IMG/VR virus record: IMGVR_UViG_3300013121_000047 | Location: 96,001-160,000 of that record | Origin: a virus | Lineage: Duplodnaviria > Caudoviricetes | DNA length: 64,000 nt | Direction: 5' to 3' (one strand) | Part shown: positions 39,409 to 48,259 of the stretch, in pieces | How the letters are laid out: the number at the start of each line of letters is the position of its first letter | Numbering within the stretch: position 1 is the first letter of the stretch | Made by a program: the position numbers and the translations under genes | Notes under the pieces: model-generated | What the model was told of the DNA's origin: nothing | Databases searched by the model: none | What the model saw: only the letters and a program-made list of their open reading frames with translations

Positions 39409-41592
39409 TTATTCTTCTTCTTCTTTTGATATTTCTTTTTTCATATATTCTTTAAATTCAAAGATTGTGATTGGTATCATTGTTTCAAGAATAGGAATTA
39501 AACTATTTAAAATTCTATAAAAAGTTACTTGAATTTCTCTTCTATCAAGAGAATTTGCATCTTTTTCGTATAAGATTTTTTTCGATTTTTCAATGTAGTC
39601 AGACGATAAATTATCAAAATAAATCATTAATTTTTTGTAAAATTGATTAAACTCGAATTTTTCGAATTTATCTACATATTCCTTATGAATATCAAGAAGT
39701 TTTTCTATTTCATCTTTGTTTGGGTCAATATTTATATTTTTTGGCATATCATAAAGATTACTTAGCAAATATTTTAAAGTATTTCTGATTTTTCTATAAT
39801 TTTGGCCCTGTTGCTCAAGCAATTCTTTTCCTATTGAAACATCTTCGCCAACTTCTTGCGAAATTGCCCAAAGTCTTAAAATGTCAATTCCATTCTGATT
39901 TACTACTACCAATGGATCTACAACATTGCCTTCTGATTTTGACATCTTTCTTTTATTTTCATCTAAAACAAATCCGTGAGAAACAACATTTTTTAAACAA
40001 GTTTCACCTTCAAGTAAGCACGATAATATATGTGAAGACTGAAACCATCCTCTGTGTTGGTCGCTTCCCTCAATAACAAAATCTGATTTTAGTTTTGGTA
40101 AGGTTTTATAAGTTAAACCAGAATCAAACCACACATCTAAAATATCTTGATACTTTTTAGTATTTTGTGAATTGCATTCAGAACATGTTGGTTTATATAA
40201 CTCATTGTACCATTCTTTAACTGAAGATACGTTAAGATCAAACAAGTTTTTAGTATTACATGAGAAACACTCATATTGTGGAATAGGAACACCCCAAGCT
40301 CTTTGTCTTGAAATGCACCATTCTGTTCTTGAATTTAAGAATGACTTAAATCTTGTTTTCGATTTTTTCGGAAAAAACTTAATTTTTTCTGCTTCTTCAA
40401 GAATTAAATTCTGTTTAAGTTTGTAATCAATAAAAACTTGTGATGTTGCATGTTGAATAAGTTCATTCTTACAACGCCAACAGTGAGGATATTCGTGTTC
40501 TATTTGCTCTTCTTTATAAAGATTATTTAGTCTATCTAATTCTTCAATGAAAGTTTTATTTGCTTTTTTATAAAAAAGATCCTCAATTTTACCATTTTCA
40601 TCTGTATAAGATTCAACTAAAGAATTTGGATATTCTTCTATGTATGCTACATAGTCTTCTTTTCCGCAGGACGGTGCAATATGCACAAAACCTGTACCAA
40701 CATTTTCTGAAACATAATCCGCATGAAAAAGTGGATAAGATTTATCTGAATGTTTAAATGTGTCGTAATATAATTGTTTAACTATTTCTTCTGATGAGAT
40801 AATATTCATTGGCTCAATAACGTTTAAAACGTTACGAGCAAACCATTTAGAAACAATGACATTTTTTCGCAAATCTTTTATTTTCAAAGAAGTATAAACA
40901 TATTCAATATTTTTATTGAAAGCAATTGCTCGATTTCCTTTAAGAGTCCAAGGAGTAGTTGTCCAAATTAAAAAATTAAGATTAGGATCATTTGCCAACG
41001 GATATAAAACATAACATGAGTTTGATGTGATTTTTTTATAATCTAATTCAGATTCAGCTAAAGATGTTTTACAACTATAACACCAATGAACTGGTTTAAA
41101 AGCTGTTTTAATAAAACCTTTTTTTACCAAAGTTTGAAACGCAGACAGTTCGTTATCCTCAAATGAGGAATCCATTGTCTTATAAAAATCCTTTATAAAA
41201 ATTCCAAGTTTTTCAAACTGTTCTTTTTGATTTTTTATTTGATTTTCCGCATAATGTCTAAATTTTTCTAATCCAGAACGCTCTTCTTTTAATTTATTGG
41301 CTGCTAATTCAATTGGTAGACCGTGGCAATCCCATCCACATTTATAGTGGATGTTTTTCTTTTGAAAGATTGTAAATCTATAGAAAATATCTTTTAAAAT
41401 TTTATTATATGCGTGGCCTACATGAATATTTCCGTTTGCATATGGGGGACCATCATGTAAAACTACATTGTAGTAATCCATTGGAAGATTTGTTGAAATC
41501 CAAGGATTTATTGCTAAAACTTTCTTTTGCAATTCTGGCAAATTAGCCCTCATAGGAAAATTAGTTTTAGGCAGATTGGTTTTACTTGTCAT
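39409..41592 (-). CDS. ileS: Isoleucyl-tRNA synthetase (compact, 727 aa)
   Basis: LPKTNFPMRANL, HDGPPYANG, HVGH, GWDCHGLP, WTTTPWT, WCISRQR, EGSDQHRGWF, KMSKS. Confidence 0.93.
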   Translation of the reverse strand: MTSKTNLPKTNFPMRANLPELQKKVLAINPWISTNLPMDYYNVVLHDGPPYANGNIHVGHAYNKILKDIFYRFTIFQKKNIHYKCGWDCHGLPIELAANKLKEERSGLEKFRHYAENQIKNQKEQFEKLGIFIKDFYKTMDSSFEDNELSAFQTLVKKGFIKTAFKPVHWCYSCKTSLAESELDYKKITSNSCYVLYPLANDPNLNFLIWTTTPWTLKGNRAIAFNKNIEYVYTSLKIKDLRKNVIVSKWFARNVLNVIEPMNIISSEEIVKQLYYDTFKHSDKSYPLFHADYVSENVGTGFVHIAPSCGKEDYVAYIEEYPNSLVESYTDENGKIEDLFYKKANKTFIEELDRLNNLYKEEQIEHEYPHCWRCKNELIQHATSQVFIDYKLKQNLILEEAEKIKFFPKKSKTRFKSFLNSRTEWCISRQRAWGVPIPQYECFSCNTKNLFDLNVSSVKEWYNELYKPTCSECNSQNTKKYQDILDVWFDSGLTYKTLPKLKSDFVIEGSDQHRGWFQSSHILSCLLEGETCLKNVVSHGFVLDENKRKMSKSEGNVVDPLVVVNQNGIDILRLWAISQEVGEDVSIGKELLEQQGQNYRKIRNTLKYLLSNLYDMPKNINIDPNKDEIEKLLDIHKEYVDKFEKFEFNQFYKKLMIYFDNLSSDYIEKSKKILYEKDANSLDRREIQVTFYRILNSLIPILETMIPITIFEFKEYMKKEISKEEEE

Positions 41593-41657
41593 TTTTTCTC
41601 CGTATTCGATTTAGTACACGGTTAACAGGAGAATAATCGTCACTCTGCATTTTCGTG

Positions 41658-42056
41658 TCAAGAGGAAATTTCTAAACCAAAGAGCTCAGATAAATGCCGA
41701 CTCTGTTCTTCTGGATTTTCTTTATATTGTTCAATAATCGCTCTAAGCTCTTGTTTTTTCTGTTCAGAAATTTTTTCTATTTCAACTGCGTGTTTTTCTT
41801 TTAATTCTTGTAACATAGCTTGATAGCGGGTTTCAATTTCCTGTTGTTTTTTTTGTTGTTCAAGTTCTATTTTCTTTAATTTTTCTAGTTCTTCTTCTCT
41901 CGATTTTAATCTACCATTAAGTAATTCAATTAATTCGTAAGCTTTTTTTTCTTTAAAAAACATAAAGCAAACTAAAATTGCTAATCCAATAGCGACCAAA
42001 ATAATATATGTATATGCGGATTTAAAAAAATTTATAAATTTTTCCTTAAAAGACAT
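41658..42056 (-). CDS. Membrane-anchored coiled-coil protein
   Basis: N-terminal TM followed by long E/K/Q coil. Confidence 0.55.
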   Translation of the reverse strand: MSFKEKFINFFKSAYTYIILVAIGLAILVCFMFFKEKKAYELIELLNGRLKSREEELEKLKKIELEQQKKQQEIETRYQAMLQELKEKHAVEIEKISEQKKQELRAIIEQYKENPEEQSRHLSELFGLEISS

Positions 42057-42058
42057 TT

Positions 42059-42277
42059 TTAATTTTCATAACTCCCTTTTTTTGAAGATGGTAAAGACAA
42101 AAGGTTTTCAACCTTTTCTTGTTTTTCAACTTCTTGCAACACTTCGCCAGTTAAAATACTTAACGCATCATTCATTTGGTCTATTATAGATAAATAATTT
42201 AAATTTATTTCTTCTAAATCGGCTATTTTTTTATCTAATCTTGTTATAGATCTTAACACCGTATCGAGTTTATCCAT
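42059..42277 (-). CDS. Small coiled-coil hypothetical protein
   Basis: Probable start MDKLD at 42277, avoiding overlap with upstream ORF. Confidence 0.45.
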   Translation of the reverse strand: MDKLDTVLRSITRLDKKIADLEEINLNYLSIIDQMNDALSILTGEVLQEVEKQEKVENLLSLPSSKKGSYEN

Positions 42278-42296
42278 CAAAATTTGATTTTCAAAT

Positions 42297-42752
42297 TTAC
42301 TCAATGTCTTCTTTAGACTTGAACTTCGAGATAATTTCGATATATTTTTGGTAGTTGTTTTGCTCGGAGATGACTTCTTCGCTGTTTTGGTTTTCTTCGC
42401 TGAGCTTTTTTTCTTCATCATCACTGTTATAATAGTCTTTCCTATTCTTAAATGCATCAGAAGAATTTAATATTGAGTAAATATTTTTTTTATTTTTGTT
42501 TAAAGAATCTAAAATAGGTAAACTATCGGTGGTTTGTAACAACCTAATCTCTTTTAAAATTAAGTCGTATATATTTTTATACTTTTCGTTATGTTCAACC
42601 ATGTAAGATAAAAAGCTAAAAAATTCCTTCATTGAAATACCTTCCCGAAAAAGAATTTTTTTAACTTGGATCAAGTTCTCCAATGAAAATTCCAGTTTAA
42701 TACTCCAACGTTGAGAAACATCTACCAAAGATTCAATAACTGTTTTTTTCAT
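42297..42752 (-). CDS. Hypothetical protein
   Basis: 151 aa, operonic. Confidence 0.5.
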   Translation of the reverse strand: MKKTVIESLVDVSQRWSIKLEFSLENLIQVKKILFREGISMKEFFSFLSYMVEHNEKYKNIYDLILKEIRLLQTTDSLPILDSLNKNKKNIYSILNSSDAFKNRKDYYNSDDEEKKLSEENQNSEEVISEQNNYQKYIEIISKFKSKEDIE

Positions 42753-42761
42753 TTTGTAAAA

Positions 42762-43472
42762 TTATATACCGCCAGTTTCTCCTCCACCAATTCCTCCACC
42801 ACCACTAGGAATAGAACCGCCATCTGCAAGATTTCCAACAGCAGAAAAATAAGAAGAACCTATTTGAGTTGAGCGCATTGTTTTCGAATTTGGTGTCAAT
42901 TGGTAATATTTGTTTAGTGTTATCATGCATTCTTTGGCAGTTTGTTCATTATAATTTTTTAATAAATAAACATAAACACGATTTAAGATAACCGTTTTAG
43001 GATCAAGCATTACATCATAATTTCCAACAAGTCTAGCAACGTTTGCTGCAAATTTCTGAATATTTAACATGGTTTCTGGAATTTCTGGTTGCGGGGGAGC
43101 AGAATTTTCTTCGCTATCGCCACCAGAGGGAGAACTATCTTTACCTAAATCCAAACCTCCGCCAGCTGAATCATCGCCGCCAACTTCTCCGCCCAAATCT
43201 AATTCAGGATCTTTTTCGTCTGCCTCAAAAATAGCTCGAATTAGTTTATATTCTTTTAATTGAGCTATGGCGTTTGGAATAGAAGGTCTTGGTGTATTAT
43301 CCAACCCAGCAAACATTTGTGATTGTGGAATTGCTTCTCGTTCGTATTGAATAAGATATCTGTCCACTTTTTGATCTAAAGACATATCTTGTGGAAGAGT
43401 TGAAGCCTTTGTAGAAACAACAGGAATAGTTTGAACGTCTTTTTTCTTTTCTTCTTTAAGTTTCGTTTTCAT
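42762..43472 (-). CDS. Probable virion/head protein with acidic Gly-rich linker
   Basis: LKEE, LKEY and AIFE sites; low-complexity linker. Confidence 0.5.
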   Translation of the reverse strand: MKTKLKEEKKKDVQTIPVVSTKASTLPQDMSLDQKVDRYLIQYEREAIPQSQMFAGLDNTPRPSIPNAIAQLKEYKLIRAIFEADEKDPELDLGGEVGGDDSAGGGLDLGKDSSPSGGDSEENSAPPQPEIPETMLNIQKFAANVARLVGNYDVMLDPKTVILNRVYVYLLKNYNEQTAKECMITLNKYYQLTPNSKTMRSTQIGSSYFSAVGNLADGGSIPSGGGGIGGGETGGI

Positions 43473-43476
43473 TATT

Positions 43477-44391
43477 TTATTTTTTTTTACTTTCTTTTAT
43501 TGAAACCAAAGGTGGTTGTGTGGTTGTCATTGGAGGCAATGTTGGGGTAATTCCTGGCATTGCTGGGACAGGTTCTATTGGCATTTTATTTATAGGTTCA
43601 CTTGTTCCGACCAATGAACTTATGTCGGATGTTTGCACTGGACGAATGCTGTAAAGCTGATCTAAATTTGCCCTTTCTGCAATCATCATTCTTTGTTCTA
43701 TCACAGACCAATTCAACTCTTGAAGCATTCCATTTAAATAACCTTTTTTGTCTCCACTATAATCTTTAAACCAAGCATGATGAAAAGTATCAACTGCAAT
43801 AACTGGAATTCCCATAACAGGAATGTTTTCTGAATGTTTTTCCACAACACAGTTTGCGTATTTTTTAGAATACGGGTCATAGTAACAAATTGCCCAACCT
43901 TCAAGAGCAACCATTCCACAAGATCTAAAATCTAATTGCCATTGTTCAAATGTTCCAAAATCTTTGGATAATCTAATAAACGGAAGGCTGTCTGCTCTTA
44001 TTTGAGAATTTAAATCAGAAATATTAGAAAAATAAAGTTCATGTAACTTAACTCCATTAAAATTGGATTGCTCATCAAGTTTAAGGCGTCTAAATTCAGA
44101 ATTTGTAGGATTCAATGAATCCATAACTTTATTGACCGTATCTATTTTTGGACTAATTTGGTTAAGCGATTCAATGTAATTTCTATACAAGGAAAAGTGA
44201 TTATCTTTTGTGAATGCGCTTAATTTCTCTGTTTTAAGAATAAAAGGTTTTGCAATCAAATAAACCGCTTCGGAAATAAAAGTTTTCGCTTCCGCAATTA
44301 TTTTGTTTGCTGATTTACTTTCAGCAGGCAGCATTTCCTTTATTTTTTGTTTAAGTTTATTTCTAGTTTTTTCATCAATAAAATCATTCAT
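43477..44391 (-). CDS. Fe/Mn superoxide dismutase-like protein with terminal extensions
   Basis: H..LY..Y, NGVKLHELYF, FGTFEQW, GWA, DTFHHAW (canonical DxWEHAY). Confidence 0.78.
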   Translation of the reverse strand: MNDFIDEKTRNKLKQKIKEMLPAESKSANKIIAEAKTFISEAVYLIAKPFILKTEKLSAFTKDNHFSLYRNYIESLNQISPKIDTVNKVMDSLNPTNSEFRRLKLDEQSNFNGVKLHELYFSNISDLNSQIRADSLPFIRLSKDFGTFEQWQLDFRSCGMVALEGWAICYYDPYSKKYANCVVEKHSENIPVMGIPVIAVDTFHHAWFKDYSGDKKGYLNGMLQELNWSVIEQRMMIAERANLDQLYSIRPVQTSDISSLVGTSEPINKMPIEPVPAMPGITPTLPPMTTTQPPLVSIKESKKK

Positions 44392-44428
44392 AACAACTTT
44401 TAATTATATAGTTTTTTGAAAGAAAAGA

Positions 44429-45802
44429 TTAGTTCTTTTCAGATTCTTCTTCAATTTCTTTTAAAAGAAATCCACCGTGGCCTGTTGCTAATTTATTTCC
44501 AAAATAACTTTTTTTAGCACTAAAATCAATCTCATTATTTTCAACAGTGTTAATTTCAACACCTAAGACTTGGAAGTCTCCTAATTTATTTGTTGTTGAT
44601 ACTAGTCTTGCTTGGATAAAATTTACTGTTTCTAAAACAATTTTAGTCGCATCTTTAAACCACTTTGTCTGGTTGAGCAGCTCGTAAACTTTTAGTGCAA
44701 ATTTGTTTAAACTTTCTATTTTCTGTTCGAAACTAAAATTTGGCGAACTTAAACTTGCTGTAAGATTATCTATCTGAACAGGATCGATATTTAATTTTTT
44801 TGCAATTAAAATTAAATTTCTATAAGTTTTTCTTTTTGTTAAACTTAATATCGAAGTAGTATCTTCAGTATCTTCTGAAGAATTTCCAAGTAAAATATTT
44901 AAAAGTTTTTCGAAAAGTTCAAAATTTTCAATCTTTTTTTCAAAAAGAGACCTTTTTTCAGAAATAAGTTTGGCAATAAATGCTATAGAACCATAAGCTC
45001 CATGCTTACTTTTATTGCCTCCTTGTTTTACACTTATCAAGTAAGTTTTACCTGTATCCAAATCTTTTATTTCTGCATCGTAACCAATTTGATTGGACTT
45101 TGATCCAATGTTTACAACAGGTTTTGAAAATTGGATATCGGTTCTATTCAATGCAATCATTAAAGGAACTATAAATTCAGAAACATAGATATTTATTTCT
45201 TTTCCAAAAATTGCGCCATTTGGAATAGTAATTGAATTGTTTTTTAATAACCCAGACAATATCTTCATTATAACAATTCCAAACTTACTCTTATCTGTTT
45301 TAGCTTTTTTTAATAATAATTGATATATCTTATTCGGATCTTGAAAACGGTCATTTTCAATCAGCATTTTTGTGTCTGAAAATAAATTTGTAAAATCGAA
45401 CTTTGCTGGTTGATACAACGCTTGTCCTGCTAATGCTGATTTGAGCCTTGGATTTATTCCAAATGTAAAATCAAAATCTTCTTTAAAAGATATTCCTCCC
45501 CAAGCTGGGATATCATTTTTTGAGTTTAGTTCTCGATCAAAAAATCTTACAAGATTGTATCTTTGCTTTGTTTTATTTCTTGTTAGTTGAACAAATACTG
45601 CACTTTTTATTCGTTCTTTTGACTTAAAATTAACTCTATTTGCTATCTTGAAGTCACCACCTAGCAGATCGTCTAACTCTAGCTTTATTTCATCATATGA
45701 ACCATTGAAAATTTTAATATCAGTCAGAGAATAAATTATTTGTTTATTTTTTTCATCGACGAATAGTTCTCCAATTTTTCTATTTTTTATTCCTTGAGCC
45801 AT
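44429..45802 (-). CDS. Hypothetical protein, possible PD-(D/E)xK-type nuclease
   Basis: SEF...GYDAEI...YLISVK; weak. Confidence 0.4.
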   Translation of the reverse strand: MAQGIKNRKIGELFVDEKNKQIIYSLTDIKIFNGSYDEIKLELDDLLGGDFKIANRVNFKSKERIKSAVFVQLTRNKTKQRYNLVRFFDRELNSKNDIPAWGGISFKEDFDFTFGINPRLKSALAGQALYQPAKFDFTNLFSDTKMLIENDRFQDPNKIYQLLLKKAKTDKSKFGIVIMKILSGLLKNNSITIPNGAIFGKEINIYVSEFIVPLMIALNRTDIQFSKPVVNIGSKSNQIGYDAEIKDLDTGKTYLISVKQGGNKSKHGAYGSIAFIAKLISEKRSLFEKKIENFELFEKLLNILLGNSSEDTEDTTSILSLTKRKTYRNLILIAKKLNIDPVQIDNLTASLSSPNFSFEQKIESLNKFALKVYELLNQTKWFKDATKIVLETVNFIQARLVSTTNKLGDFQVLGVEINTVENNEIDFSAKKSYFGNKLATGHGGFLLKEIEEESEKN

Positions 45803-45834
45803 TGCTGTTATTATAACTAGATTCTAAATAAATA

Positions 45835-47850
45835 CTAGTCAATCTCCTCTGGGAAAAGAAAATCACAAACTTCAACAAGTGACGCTAAATTTCCAAGACT
45901 CGCAGATAATCCATATTTATTTTTCACAATTGTCCCACAATATACTTCATATAATGGAAATCTTCCTATCACATCTTCTGAAAATTCTCCCCAAATTTTA
46001 ACAATCAAATCAGAAAATTTCTCTCCAATTACAGCAAGTTCTAAAAACGGCTTTCCATTTTTTGAGGTTTTAGGTTCCATTTTTCTTAAAATAAACCAAA
46101 CTTGATCGGTAATTTTTGTATTTTCGCCCTCTTCTAAAAAGTCAATGTCGCGTATTCCATCTACACTTTTAAGTTTCATCTTTTCAATTGATTTTGAATA
46201 TTTTTCACTTAAAATTAAGCTAAGGTCAGCGCTCCCAGCTAATTCAACCCAATATTTTATTTTTTCGTTCTTGGTCCAATCTTCGGTGTTGGCCAATTTT
46301 TCTTTTTGAACCAATTCATCAAGAATAGGAACTATATCATTATTTTTCTTTTTCGCAGATGTGCGTTTCAATAAATCAAAATTTTCAACGATAACGTTAT
46401 ACGCTTGTTTATAGTTTTGAACGCCATTTTCTTTATCTGAAATAAAATTTAAACTATCGAGAGCTTCAAGACAAATTAGGTTTGTTAAAGCTTTTCTATT
46501 AAACTTAGAATGTTTCCATTTACCTTCTTCGTTAACCAATAAATCTTTTATATCCTTGTAGGGTTTGTTTTTATTAATTTCCTCAAGAGCAGCATCACCA
46601 ATTCCATCAATTGTTGTTAAACCTGGGATGATAACTTTTTCCTTCGTTGGATGCATTTCATACCCAGCACTTGAAAAGTTAATATCTGGTTTTGAAAACT
46701 TATAACCTAACTTCTGGGCTTCCCTCATTGCAGTTGCTTTTGGATCTTCTTGACCAACAACCTTTCCTTTTTCTAAGGCGGCATAATCTAAACACGCTGT
46801 GATCCATTCATCTGGATAGTATGTCAAAAACCAACAACACTGATAAGTCGCAATAGAATAAGAAATTGCGTGGGACATGTTAAAGGAATATGATACCAAA
46901 GATTCCATTTTATCGAAAAAGATCGAAGATCTCGCCGAATCCATACCTGCAAATTGCTTTGTTTTTTCGATGAATTCAGTCTTTAATTTTTCGCGTTCCT
47001 TCGCTGCTTTTTCTTTATTATTAATTTCTTTTTTAGTAAACGCTTTTCTAACCGAGTCTGTTTCATCTAACGGAACGCCACAAAGATGGTGATAAATTAG
47101 TTGTAATTGTTCCTGAAAAATAAGAAGTCCGCTTGTTGGTTCCAATACTTCTTTTAAGAAAGGGTGTTCATATTTAATTTTTTCTGGATTTGCTCTATTG
47201 TTCAAAAAGTCTCTATCTACTTTTAATCCCAAAGGACCAGGACGGTGAATAGAAGTTGCAATTGAAATATCTTTCACGGATACAGGTTTCATTCTTCTCA
47301 TAAAATCTTGAGTGTTTGGTTTTACAAACTGAAAAATAGAAATAAAGTTTCCATTCCAAAAAACATGTTTATAGACATTAATATCATCCATTGGATTTTT
47401 ATCAGGGGACAGGTGTTCATAAAACCATTTTTGAACTTCTTCAAAAGGTATTTCTGACTCAAGTCTTCCTGTTTGTTTTTTGAGAATTTTTCTAACTGTA
47501 TTCTCAAAAATTCTTAAAGTACCTAATGCTAGGAAGTCAAACTTTAAAAAACCAAAATGTTCTAACATACGAAAGTTAACACCCTCGGTCCACGGTGTCT
47601 GTAGCGACCTTTTGTCACCTTTGCCGCCAATCACCAGAGGCATATTTTGTTTTTCGATCGGCGAGTCCGTGAGGACCACGCCGCCAGCGTGCCGACCGCA
47701 ATTTGAAATTAATCCAGCTTCGGTTAGGATATTAGGCTGGTCGTCAATAAAAGCTCCTGTAGGAATATTGTGGTGAATATCATAGACCAGTTTTTTTCCT
47801 ATTTTTTGTATAGATTTTATCTTGTTATATTCCATTTTATTAAAGCTCAC
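45835..47850 (-). CDS. dnaE: DNA polymerase III alpha, C-terminal piece: IntC (50 aa) + 621 aa extein
   Basis: VYDI...LISN|CGRHAGGVV, LKFDFLAL, IFQF, RPGP, IFQEQ, YSFNMSHA, GIG HhH, OB-fold tail. Confidence 0.93.
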   Translation of the reverse strand: MSFNKMEYNKIKSIQKIGKKLVYDIHHNIPTGAFIDDQPNILTEAGLISNCGRHAGGVVLTDSPIEKQNMPLVIGGKGDKRSLQTPWTEGVNFRMLEHFGFLKFDFLALGTLRIFENTVRKILKKQTGRLESEIPFEEVQKWFYEHLSPDKNPMDDINVYKHVFWNGNFISIFQFVKPNTQDFMRRMKPVSVKDISIATSIHRPGPLGLKVDRDFLNNRANPEKIKYEHPFLKEVLEPTSGLLIFQEQLQLIYHHLCGVPLDETDSVRKAFTKKEINNKEKAAKEREKLKTEFIEKTKQFAGMDSARSSIFFDKMESLVSYSFNMSHAISYSIATYQCCWFLTYYPDEWITACLDYAALEKGKVVGQEDPKATAMREAQKLGYKFSKPDINFSSAGYEMHPTKEKVIIPGLTTIDGIGDAALEEINKNKPYKDIKDLLVNEEGKWKHSKFNRKALTNLICLEALDSLNFISDKENGVQNYKQAYNVIVENFDLLKRTSAKKKNNDIVPILDELVQKEKLANTEDWTKNEKIKYWVELAGSADLSLILSEKYSKSIEKMKLKSVDGIRDIDFLEEGENTKITDQVWFILRKMEPKTSKNGKPFLELAVIGEKFSDLIVKIWGEFSEDVIGRFPLYEVYCGTIVKNKYGLSASLGNLASLVEVCDFLFPEEID

Positions 47851-48259
47851 GCTCTAGAGTTAGTTTCTCAACTTTTCCTTTATTTAGCTCTATCTTATAG
47901 GCAAATAATTCGATTCTATCGTATCCAATTCCATATGAGCAATACAATGTAGTCTTTGTATTCTTTTGAAGTCCAGTAATCGAAATCCAAAAACTTTCGT
48001 AATCTCGAAGAATATCACATTGTTCTGCTAATAAAAATTCATATCCTTCAACTATAGAGTCTTCCCCTAAAGATCTGCAAAGAATACCATATTCAATGGT
48101 ATCGTTTTCAACATGAATATAGTAATCATCTAAATTTTCAAGGAAAAGTAGTTTGTTATTATAATGAATTTCTTTTTCTTTTAAGATTTCTAATTTATCT
48201 AAAAACAAACAATAAAGTTGTTCAATTTGAGAAATAACTACTTTCTTACTTATATCCAT
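47840..48259 (-). CDS. Hypothetical protein separating halves of split intein 3
   Basis: Overlaps both dnaE pieces; LKEKE...NNKLLFLE shared with 52493-52915. Confidence 0.6.
   Translation of the reverse strand: MDISKKVVISQIEQLYCLFLDKLEILKEKEIHYNNKLLFLENLDDYYIHVENDTIEYGILCRSLGEDSIVEGYEFLLAEQCDILRDYESFWISITGLQKNTKTTLYCSYGIGYDRIELFAYKIELNKGKVEKLTLEREL

Noticed and set aside
42278-42457. Histone H1-like N-terminus (MMKKKSSAKKTK...) of ORF 42059-42457
   Set aside because: It is the shifted frame of the Glu-rich tail of 42297-42752; the likely start is 42277.
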